The translations under genes were made by a program, and so were the position numbers. Positions 1 through 11,030 of a stretch of DNA of 64,000 bases are shown here, in pieces. Source of the stretch: Schmidtea nova. Lineage: Eukaryota. How positions within the stretch are numbered: position 1 is the first letter of the stretch; every line of letters begins with the position of its first letter. The notes below the pieces were generated by a model, which did no database searches, was not told the DNA's origin, and saw only the letters and a program-made list of their open reading frames with translations. The DNA is taken from NCBI GenBank assembly GCA_044892505.1, contig CM097883.1, forward strand, positions 360,344,001 through 360,408,000, given 5' to 3'.

Positions 1-317
1 TTTGTAAATCCTCGCGTTGTTGCTACTGGAGAGAGCAGAGACGGTGAGTATTATCAATTAAATGTTCGATTTCTATTGAAATACATGTTTAAATCTTTAT
101 CTTATTGATTTCTAAAATTAATTCTGATTGGTAGATAATTAACCAATGAAAATTAATTATTTTTCGTTAAAAAAACAATAATAATATTATTGTTATTTCA
201 GTGACCAAAGTGAGAACGCAAGGATTTGTCACATTATCATTTAATGTCGTGCTGAAGAATATGCGTAAACTCGGATACGAGGTCGTCTCACAGAATGCAA
301 TCAGTTCCAATGAATGA
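1..317 (+). CDS. B9D1: 3' end of B9 domain-containing protein 1 (ciliary transition zone); exons 1-43 and 202-317
   Basis: Splicing out the GT-AG intron 44-201 gives [41 protein letters not shown]...*, closely matching the B9D1/MKSR1 C-terminus ([37 protein letters not shown]). Confidence 0.9.
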
Positions 318-1199
318 GATTTTTATTGATTAAATATATTATCGATATTTTTTGTTTTGGGATATTTAAACATAAAATAATTTAAAATATCGTGTGATCT
401 CTCATATGGCAACAATCGTGAATACGTAACCAAGGCGATTACCTCTCTCTCGTCTCGTGTCTTGATCACAATATTGAAAAATTGTAAGTGGACGGAGATT
501 CGGGAGAGAAAAGCACTAATACTTTAATTTTAAAGCCGAAAAAATATATTAGATGAGCACCAAAAAAGGCAGATTTTGCTTATGGTGAGGGGAATAGCTG
601 TCCCCACCAATGTCCAAACTGCGCTATAGCACATGGGTGCCAAATAATTAAAAAATAAAAATGAAGTTTAATATTTCATTAATTAGTATATATTATAAAT
701 AAATTCTGTTTTATTTTGTATTAATTTTACTATTTTTTAATAATTTAAAGGCAATATTTATTCGATATGTGTGAAAATACATGTAAAATACAATATCAAT
801 TTTTAAGTGGCTCAATAAAAAAATTAGCACGGAGGTACCAAATATATTGGGGGGCATGTTTGAATTTTGTGTGATTGTTAGGTTCATCTGAACCAATGAT
901 CTTTTATTAATATAGATATTTATTCACCAAGCTGTTCGACTGCTGCCTCTATTTGCAAAAACCTTGCACTGTAAAATACCTCGATGATGTACCAAATCCT
1001 CGATCACTGATTTGATTTAACTTATTATCTTTGGCCAGGCGCGGACAACTGGCAAATTCTTGGTGGGCCTGCCTAAAAAGTCAGATGAATGGCCGGTGAA
1101 ATATATATATATATATATATATATATTTGAAAAAAAGAAATATTAAAAAAATGAATAAATGGTTAATTTATCGAAATTGAATGTGTAAAACGGGACAAA

Positions 1200-1700
1200 T
1201 GTAGATTACCTAATGGCGAAGAACGTGGGGATTAGGAATCAGTCAGAAAATGTTTAGAAATATTCGAAAAGCATGCAAATGCATAAAAACAGAAAATCGT
1301 TAATTAATTAATTAATTGGATAATGGAAAACCCGAACTAATGGGAAACCCGAGTCAATGGAGAACCCGTGCGATGAAGAAAACTCAAGCTCGGCAAACAA
1401 GGAGAGTAAACAAAGTGGATTCGTAAAGGTCATTATCTCGACAGTATGAGTAATGGGAGTAAACAAAATTGGTTTTTCCGAAAGAGTAATAGAAGAGGGT
1501 AATCAATCACTATTAGCTCTCGGACGATATTCAAGAAAACCGATTATCAACACGTTGTCAGGCAGAGGAGATTTGACCAAAACCTAATTAATTAAAATGA
1601 CTATTCTAGTATATAAGGAAGTTAGGGAGAAGAAAACGAGATTAGGTTAAAGGTAGCATAGTTAGAAGAAATAGGAAAACAGAGCGATTAGCGAAACGAT
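1200..1700 (+). repeat. LTR-like segment with tandem ~17-bp GG(A/G)AAACCCGA repeats
   Basis: Begins TGTAG after purine-rich GGGACAAA; 3-4 tandem units at about 1322-1385; similar array at 55035-55100; lies upstream of gag-like sequence. Confidence 0.45.
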
Positions 1701-1779
1701 AAATCAAAAAGACGAGAGAAAAAGAGTTAAGAAATTTAGAAAGACCTGAATCAAGAGAAAACAAAATTATTAAAGAAAA

Positions 1780-2564
1780 AGAGTTCAATCCAGAGGATGA
1801 TGATATTCAAGGTGATTATTGTTATAAAGCGCACGAGGTCAAGACATCCCACGGCGGAGCTCGGTCGAATAATTGGAACGCTGTAATATTAATGTGAATT
1901 GTAAAAGATTATATCAATTTAAAACAAATATACGTTGGGAGTGTTTCAAGATCAGTTTATAACTGGAGCCCATCCTGAAATCAAAAAGGTATTGTGTTAC
2001 GTGGGTTTTTCGAATTTCGACGAATTGGTAAAGAAAGCAATGAAGATAGAATTAAATTTAAAAGCATCCGAAAGTCTGATGTATTCGCCGTCAATGTCGA
2101 GAATCAAGAAGGATCAGTAACTCCTGTAAAAATCAATGGGAATCATAGAAACCAATCCAACCAAACAGCTCTCCAAGATTAGGTAATAAATCTGAAGTTA
2201 ATAAAGCAACTTTTAGTAGTCAGATAACGAGAGATCTAATAATATTGCATGCGAGTATTGCAAGAAGATCGGACATTATTCAAATCAATGTTGGTTCAAA
2301 AATGGCAGAAATATTAGTCTCAAAAGAAAATTTATGGAAAACAAGCCAAACAATGGTGATATTAAATGCTATCGATGTGGAAAAATTGGCCATATTAGCA
2401 GAAATTGTTTTTCAAGAACTCGATCACCATCCACATCTCCTTCACCGCAAAGAGATAAAGTGAATTCCAATGGACAAATTCAATACCATCAATGCAAAGT
2501 TTTTTTGGCCACATGGCTCGATCATGCCCAACAAATTCAGAAAGGTTTGGAAGACCTATCCTAA
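1780..2564 (+). pseudogene. Degenerate LTR-retrotransposon gag with CCHC zinc knuckle
   Basis: Fragmented ORFs: FITG..PEIKK helical gag segment (1935-2120) and CYRCGKIGHISRNC knuckle followed by RTRSPS (2334-2564). Confidence 0.7.
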
Positions 2565-2641
2565 AGAAATCAATTAGATTTCAAGATGAATAGTCCAATA
2601 CAAATGTAGCTTACGCTCAAAAAGACGAGTTTAAAGAAAAA

Positions 2642-3895
2642 ATGGAAAACGAATTTCGGGAAATGCGACAGAAATTAAACAAGTTGATGTTCAAATTCGA
2701 ATCAGATGATGAAGCAGACTCCTTTATGGTATACAAAAATATATCAGAGGTGAAGGGAAATTTTGCCGACAAAGTAAAAAATGACTTGTTAAACGAAAAG
2801 GCTACATTGTTGATAAAGAAAGTGGAAGGATGTCTGGCCAGGATGGAAACAAAATATCCAAGATTGAAGGAGTGGATGATAGAGCTAAGCCGAATGCCAA
2901 TCAGTCCAAGAAAATAAAAATGCATATTCAAATGTGCTAAGTCCTACAACGCACATCGAGATGACGAAATTGCCAAACTAATGAGAATATTTGGGAGAGC
3001 ATTACGATTCAAAAACAATTTAAATGATATTTTTGTTGAAGCCACTGACATCAATGATTTGAGAACTCAATTTTCTATTAATCCTTATGGACAAATAAAA
3101 GATCTGAAAGGGCTTATTATGACTAAACATAATGGAAGCAGCGTAGAACTCATACAACCACAAATGGGACAACTGCGGGATGATGAATACTTGGTCGATT
3201 GTGTTTTTATTTCCAGATCCAAAAATGAGATAAAAATTCTAAATACTGTTGATATTTCAAATTCAGAATTTAAAAGTTGCGATGAAACTTTCCAAGATTC
3301 GCGAGATATGTTGTGTATTGGAGATGAAGATGAGACTAATAAACGCCTTGAATCTATGTTGAATTCAGAAATTGGTCAAAGGTCTAAACAGAAATTGTTT
3401 GAATGCATTTTACCTTATATTCATAAAAAGACGAGTTATCAAGCGAGATTAAAAGAAACTATACGAAAACTATGACATGACTACAGAGAACCGGATAATA
3501 ATCTGAAGTCATTGGTAATAGTTCTAAACATTGGAGGAAGAGTATTTTCAAGAGCATTAAAGTGCAAAGGTATCGAAATTACAACGAAAGGCTGCAAGAC
3601 AGTGGGTAATGATGAGATTATTATATTAACATTTAGAAGAGTCGGGCTAGTGGTTGACGAATATTTAGTTAATTATGGATGTAATACGAATTATATAAAT
3701 AATGTATATGTCACAAAGCAAAAGGATGACATGGTTGATAATAAGCCTGTCGTCACTTATTGGCTTAGAATTGCAAGGGATACAGATAAGGATATAAAGT
3801 CCAAAGTGAAGAGTTTCGGGCCTTCTCGAAACCTTCAAGCATTATGTTCAAGTCAGTATCTGTTTTTATCTTTAAATTTGTTAAACTTCTACTGA
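2642..3895 (+). pseudogene. Broken ORFs of unknown function downstream of gag
   Basis: Three consecutive same-strand ORFs (91, 164, 127 aa); no PR (DTG/DSG), RT (YxDD) or IN motif visible. Confidence 0.3.
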
Positions 3896-4223
3896 GACGA
3901 CTTTGAGTACTGTGGAATAAAATCGCATCATGGAACGGCTCATTAATTGCCTGTTCATACTGATTATCAACAGATAGAATCCGTGTTTTGAATAGCCTTT
4001 CAAAATCGTCCTTTGATAAAAGATTATTATTAAGCTTGGCCTCAGTTCTTAGCAATTCAAAGAGATCACTGAATTGTAATTGAATGACTTCTTTATTATT
4101 TTTATCAAAATTGTTCATAATATATTCTATAATTGTATCCCTATCAAATAATTCACAATCCGGTTGTTTGCAGTGATTAAATATTAAATATACAATACTA
4201 GTGAACGAAATACTGGAAGCCAT
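3765..4223 (-). CDS. Hypothetical 152-aa ORF
   Basis: ATG-initiated, protein-like composition, preceded by AT-rich non-coding DNA; no recognisable motif. Confidence 0.3.
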   Translation of the reverse strand: MASSISFTSIVYLIFNHCKQPDCELFDRDTIIEYIMNNFDKNNKEVIQLQFSDLFELLRTEAKLNNNLLSKDDFERLFKTRILSVDNQYEQAINEPFHDAILFHSTQSRLSRSLTNLKIKTDTDLNIMLEGFEKARNSSLWTLYPYLYPLQF

Positions 4224-4476
4224 TTAAGAAAACACTTTTAAATTAAGATAACAAATATTTATTTGAATTTACAAATTTTGATAGTTTTAAACAACTTTTT
4301 ACAAAATAATTTTTAAACTACAAATTTTAAATAACAATTTTTTTACAAAACAATTTTTAATTTTTTGTAATTTAATATATGAATGAACAGTGCCACTACA
4401 CAAAGTAATTAAAACTGAATTTTTTGATGAATTAAACGAAGCTAAGTTGTAAAACTACGAGTCAAAAGATAAAGAT

Positions 4477-5217
4477 TTGAATGAAATGCAAATCGGAAGT
4501 ATGACTGATGACATTAATGAAACTGATGCAGTAAATCAGGAAGTTAATAATATAAATGACGAGCCGATAGCTACTGAAAGGATAAAACACGAATCGAATT
4601 TTATAGAAACTGAAAATAATGATGAACTAAATAGCCGTAAGCGGAAAAAGTATGAGACAACTGGAAAAGACGACTAAACTGAGTTGGATAAAACAGACTC
4701 AAATGATTCGGAGGAAACAGAATCGATTTTAAAATGGTTGGTAATGGAGCTATATGCACTAGACGAAGAAAAAATATGCGAAGATAAATTTATACAACGA
4801 CTTGGGAGACAGCTGAAAAGGCGACTCCCAAACATACTTCAAAATAACGTTAAAGAAAGTATATTTTGTGATGAAACAGTAATCCAGAAATTGACTAAAG
4901 ATGGTTTGAACAGAGACGTAGTGCTAACAGTTCTTGCTTGTGTTGTTTTAGAAATTGGCACATATGGTTATTTAGAGTCGGTCAAATCGGAAAAGTGGAT
5001 TGAAAAATTCACAAAAGTGACTGGTGAGAGCCAACAGCTCGAAACTTGTCTGCTATTGAGGATTTGCACTGGGTATCACAAAGTTTTATTTGTTATAATA
5101 TTAGTTGTTGCTCAATTTTTAAGGGAATTGCAAAGGCCTGAAATTATTAGGACCACTACGATATTACCGTTACCGTTTCTATGGCCTCATCACCAATTTA
5201 AAACTTTTAATTTTTAA
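4477..5217 (+). pseudogene. Unknown ORF split by an in-frame stop (acidic N-terminus, RKRKK NLS-like motif, helical C-terminus)
   Basis: ORFs 4477-4677 and 4684-5217 are in the same frame, separated by one TAA. Confidence 0.3.
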
Positions 5218-5539
5218 GTTAAATCAGATTTGATTTTAAAATCAATTTTACTGCTTTATGTCAGGGAAACCCTTACCTCAATGAAAATGTTTGCTGAATT
5301 AAGATAGGTAAACTGCAACAATTTATTAATAATGAGAAGAAGCGCTGCTTAGGGCCAGTAAATAAGTAGTTGAATATCGCAAAATAGCGAATATTTCTAG
5401 CGTTAATGCACATACCGGGTCGATTCGTGACAAAATGATTGAAATCGATGGTATGTTTGGGGAATATACGTACAAAAAACAGTTGTGTTTTGGCGCGGGC
5501 GCCTAGCTATTTTTGTTTATTAGGAAATCAATGTTTTAA

Positions 5540-6110
5540 CGGTCACAATTGAGGTAATTCTCGTTTTAGACGCCGCTGATTGCTTAAATTAACATCAGAC
5601 CGGACTGAGGGTTGGCGAAAAAAAAACGCGAAAACATTTTGTCAAAATCCGAAAACTTCGATACTTTGGTGACAGATGATTTTAATAATTCGGTTGTGTT
5701 TGTCATTATGTTACATTTATCATAGATTTATCCTTGTCTGAAATTGGGACTTGTTCATATTTCGACGTAGGAAAAATCTAATTGATGTATTAATATAACT
5801 TAATTGATGTGAATATGTATTTGAATTGCCGATAAAAAATCTTATCGAATATTTATAGATTGATTATGATGATGGGACAAAATGGGCATTATACCTTCTA
5901 TCGGTCGTCTTTGAACCAACTGTGATGTTCAGTCATTCATAGTTTCGATTTTTCAACAATCACTGTTTGCGAACATCCACCCATTTGTTGCATTACCAAC
6001 GTTACATTGTGACGGGCAACAAAATGGTTAAGCTAATGTTTTATGTGAGGAGTTGTTGATGTGAGTCATAACAACGTCAAGGTCATATTGTAGGTCAACA
6101 ACCCACCAAA
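5540..6110 (+). repeat. Repeat family F copy 1
   Basis: Shares CCTTCTATCGG...CACCCATTTGTTGCATTACCAACGTTACATTGTGACGGGCAACAA...GTCAAGGTCATATTG..TCAACAACCCACCAA with the other copies. Confidence 0.8.
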
Positions 6111-6389
6111 ATTATCCAATGGAAATCATTGTATTTTGAAATTCACTTATATAGCTTTATTTTATAATTGAAATTTGCCGTTTCAAAAGGTAAGGGGACG
6201 GGGGAAAACTTAATACTGTAATCTAAAATTAAAAATATTATATCCTCGTATTTAGATTCGTGGAAATCCTAAGGTCTAACAAACCCAAGTTTTTCCTTTG
6301 GTATTAACTATAACCGTTGCAGTTTTCAAGGCCTCGGTAAAAGTTTCAAATTTACAAATGTTAAAATTTCACCAAAATATTAAATATAA

Positions 6390-7252
6390 TTTAAGGGGCA
6401 AGATAGACACTAGGTATAAGAGATAAGTAAAGTTTAGTTAAATTTTCTAATTTAAAAAATACAGAAATTAAAAAGTCTCGAAAACATTAGTGTTTTAGTC
6501 GAAATCAACAGCAATCAAATACCCCCGGATATATGTATTTTTAAAGGAATATTTGATCCCCAAATCGAGTAACGATCAGATTATACAATAAGGATTGATT
6601 TTTTATAAAAAAATATACATACGGAATGCTTGCATTTTTGGGATTAACAACTTTGCTTGCTTGGAATAACTGTTTTAATAACTACAAATAAAGTAATATT
6701 TGTTGTAGACGCCGCAAATCGATTGATTTAATACCCAATATGACGGTGGAGCTCGTGAAGAAAAAAATCGCGGACAAATGTTGTATAATCTGAATACTCT
6801 AATACGGTGGTGACACATGATTTTTATAATTTTTCTGGGTTTATTGATTTGTTATGTGTATTTTAAATGGATCCTTACATAAATTGTTTTTGTTAGTGTT
6901 TTGATGTTCGGAATGATCCATTTTGATGTAACAATAAATTTATGTTTTTGAAGATTATTTATTTTGAATTGCCGATTAAAATCTTATTGAATGTTTATAG
7001 ACAAATCGTTGAATGAGGGACTCAAATGGGCACCAAACCTTCTATTGGCAGCCCTTGAACCCAGGAGATTTTCAGTCAATCATAGTTTCGAATTTTTCGA
7101 CGCTTACTGTTTGTGGACATCCACCCATTTGTTGCATTACCAATGTTACATTGTGACGGGCAATAAGATGGTTAAGCTAATGTTTTATATGTCGAGTTGT
7201 TGATGTGAGCTATAATAACGTCAAGGTCATATTGACAGTCAACAACTCATCA
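6390..7252 (+). repeat. Repeat family F copy 2
   Basis: Starts near GCAAGATAGACACTAGGTATA (also at about 24655) and ends with the same terminal block. Confidence 0.8.
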
Positions 7253-7259
7253 ATATATA

Positions 7260-8280
7260 TATATAGTTCATAAATTACCCTCTTAAACCTAAGAAAAATT
7301 CATAAAATCATATTTGCAGATCAATACACCCATACCAATCATTAACAACCACCCATATCTAATAATCTACACAGAATTTCATTTATCCATAATCTCATAT
7401 CAATTATATCATTTCACTCATTAGCATCTCACATAAGGCATGTCACATCCAGAAAAACTACACAAAAACTCACTAATTCACATCCATCATTGAACTACCT
7501 CTTTCATCTAATAACATCCCTCACATTCAATCACTTGACTGAAAAAATTGTTATTAAACCTATAAAAGTATATATAATTATCAATTTGCAGCTACAATAT
7601 CCCATGTCACAAATTCATTGAAGCTCACAACATCCATTAACATAATATAACTTGCATGTCACAACATCCCTATTCTTAATTAATTTAATCAGTTCAGTCA
7701 AAAATAATCATACATATCAAATGCCATATACCAAAATTCATTCAACTATAATTTCATACAAATTATATTATATCACTCATTAACATCACCTATAATCAAC
7801 ACAACGATCTACAGCTGCACTAAATTACATTTTTTCATTCATTAGTATCATTTATGTATCATATTATTACATCCAAAACCTTTACTTAAAAATTTATTCA
7901 TTTATGTTCATCATTCAGTTGACCATTTCATCCATAAATATCTAATGCTTTTATAACCCATACATCCCAGCACAAACATTCCATAATCAACCGTACTGCT
8001 TATAATTTTTTTTAATTTCATTCACAACGCCCTATGATATACATTACTTGCGAATTATAACACCCTATAGCCAACATTATCTTACTTACAATTTATAACA
8101 TAACAATGATTATCTAGCAACCTCTAATCACTCACACCCTCAAACGTAATACTTACAAAGTTACCATTCAACAAAATCTGCTATTTACATCTATTATATA
8201 ATTTCACTGACATTAATATTATTGCGACAAACCCCAAATTATGTCATCTCTAAATTTCCTGGTCATCATTCGACTCTAAT
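7260..8280. repeat. C/A-skewed degenerate repeat (related blocks at about 17150-17600 and 19550-20000)
   Basis: Strong G depletion on +; recurring CATCC, ACATCCAGAA and AAACCT(A/G)TAAA.GTATATA...CCCATG words in all three blocks. Confidence 0.5.
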
Positions 8281-8485
8281 AGTTTCTCTTTTAATTTTAT
8301 GATGAAAGTGGACGAATATGACAAAATTCCTACCCCAGAACGAGTTTCATTTATAAAAAAAATAGATTAGGATCTACTTAAAATATATAATACACTACCA
8401 ACACTGAGTCGGAAAATTACTTAATTCAAAGATAAAATGAAAGCTCAGCATAGAATATTTATTTTGAGAAAACATTGGATTAGAC

Positions 8486-9919
8486 CAGTGTTTCCCAATC
8501 TAGGCGATTTGAAAATTTAGGTGGGCGATGTTTTAGCTGTGTTGTTTTTGCATATGTCAACCTTTTGTTTCCTCAAAATTTTATTATTTCCGTATCGTTC
8601 TAAATTCTAGAATATAAATTCAATCTATGTATATATATATAGCACAGATACACACAAACAAGTCATATAAATGACCTACATGTATACCTCTGCCCTCAAT
8701 TTGTGAATCTTTATACACCAACAGTCTGTAATTAAGGGCCATAAAGACACTTAATACAGTCAGTTGGTATTTATTATCTTTTTATTTAATTTTAATTTAA
8801 TATTTTAGCTATGTATTTAAGCTATTTTAACATATTTTAAATTTATTTAATATTTTAAGTTAAATACCATTTTATTTTATCTAGATATTTTTTAGATATT
8901 TATGAAATACAGAAAAAAGTAAGTCTTTATAATTTTATCAGCTTATTTTTTTAACATTTGGATATTGTTTTTGTGTATACATTGTAGCTAATTGTATTCA
9001 AGAAGTTTTTCATTTCTTCCAAAGTAATCCAATAATTGTGATCCACACAATCAATTCATTGTATTCCATTTTCTTCAATTATTAGGCTAACATTTTATTT
9101 GCCTCTTTTCCCTGCTGTAAGAATGCCAGTTTTTCTACCTCGACACTATGTCTTTAATAATCTTATGTTCAAAACCTATTTACCTGCCGAATTATTCATA
9201 ATTTTCACGCCGTTTCATTACTTCTTTTAATAATTTTTTGCCATGTTCAGATTATCTATAAAATTTTAAGTTAAAAATTAAAAATTCAAATTTGTTTTAC
9301 GTTTTTCGATGTTTTCTTTCTATAGTTTCGGCCGTTTGAGGCATTATATCTTCATTTTCTGCATTTCTAAAAATATTTTTTTAAAATTTTTTAATATAAT
9401 TGTAAGTTTACATTTCTTCTTGATCCTCTCCAATAAATGGTACAGTTGATTCCAAAAACGTTTCTGAAATATCATCATAAATCATGATTTTTTAAAATTT
9501 TAAAATCCCTTAATTAAAGACTGTCCCTTAAATTATGTCCATGTGTTTGTACTTTTCATTATAGGTTTTTTGTGTGTTGTGTAAGTGTGTTTTTTTGACC
9601 TAATTAATTTTTCTTATTTTCTATAGTGTAGGCCCGTAATTTATGACCGTGCTTTTTTACTTTGTCCTAATCTGCAGTAGGTATGTATATTTTTTCTATG
9701 TATAAAATAATTTGTTATTATAGATACTTTAAATTTTGCCTGTCTGGCCCTTAATTTATGTGCTTTGGTGTAGTATAACAATATATGGCGAACACACATC
9801 ACCTTACATGTAGTTACATCTACTCAACTCCAGTGTTTCCAAGCCTGGGCGATTTGAATTGGGCGATTGGAAAATGTAATTGAAATGGGCGATAATCGTA
9901 AAAGGGTTGGGAAACGCTG
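8486..9919. mobile_element. Non-autonomous hAT (Buster-type) transposon
   Basis: Ends CAGTGTTTCCCAA / TTGGGAAACGCTG; 8-bp TSD GATTAGAC (8478-8485, 9920-9927) with central TA. Confidence 0.85.
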
Positions 9920-10639
9920 GATTAGACGATTAACTTACTGAAGATTTTCAAATTTATTTCAAACTACATTACAAAATAAAATCGTCGGATAGTTATCCTC
10001 AGGATATATTTTTAATTAATATTCCAATTTGGCTGAAATGCGTAGTTGAAATTGGTAGCATGGGATTGTACAGATGTGGATAAGATTCCCAATGAGTTTT
10101 TGTTGAATTTCTTGCTCATTTGATTAGAGATTTGTCGGATTATATGCTCCTTTAGTTGTTGAGATGAATCGTGAACACAGGTACCGAAGATATTTTCCCA
10201 CTTGCACGATAGTATGATTTAACTAAACAGAATGGAGGTAAGTTAATAAAAACCAAAAATCAATGATAACAACTACCTAATAATCATTGGAAATTTCCAA
10301 TGCCCAAAATAACACGGATCGATAAATTAATAAGTAAAACAAGGCAACCGATAAGGTTGCGAATTTTCTATATTTTGAATGAAAATCCTAAAATATATAA
10401 AATTATATATAGAATTTTTAATAGCATCTTAATTTTACACAGAAAAGGAGGGGTGCCAAGGATTCATGACTTTAGTAAATTAATTTTTAAATTTTATAGA
10501 TATTTTTCGTAACATTTGTAAGTTAAATTAAAAATCAATTGGAAAATGCGATAATCTATAACCGTTGCTAATTGCCATAGCCTCAGTGATAATTTAAAAT
10601 TTTAAAGTTAAAATTGTTGACAAAATTTTTAATATAATT

Positions 10640-11030
10640 TTTATAAGATAGGGGGACAATAGTATTAGAATTAAAATCAAATTTAACTAAAGGTTAAAAC
10701 TGAAATTGGAAAATTTTAAAAATCAAGAAAATTATAGCTGCTCAGACCAAAACAATAGTGACTGAATATACCCGAAAATACATGTTTTTATTTGAGATTT
10801 AGATCCCGAATTGAGTAGCGATCAGATTCCTCTTAAAGAATGATATTGTATGAATAAATACATAGAGAATTTTTGCATTTTTGGGATTACCAACTTTTTG
10901 TTTGTTTGGAAATAACTGGTTTTAGTAACTGCAATTAAAGTAATATTCATTTTAGACGCCACTAATCGATTGATTTAACACCCGACCTGATGCAGGGGCT
11001 CGTGAAGTAAAACAGCGAACAAAATTTATA
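10640..11030 (+). repeat. Repeat family F, partial 5' portion
   Basis: Matches 6400-6780 (GATCCCGAATTGAGTAGCGATCAGATT; TGCATTTTTGGGATTA; GACGCC..TAATCGATTGATT). Confidence 0.65.

Noticed and set aside
1035-1100. CAGGCGCGGAC, possible hAT left end
   Set aside because: No matching right end or TSD found.
3500-3570. VIVLNIGGRVFSRAL as retroviral protease start
   Set aside because: The catalytic D(T/S)G is absent; too weak to call.
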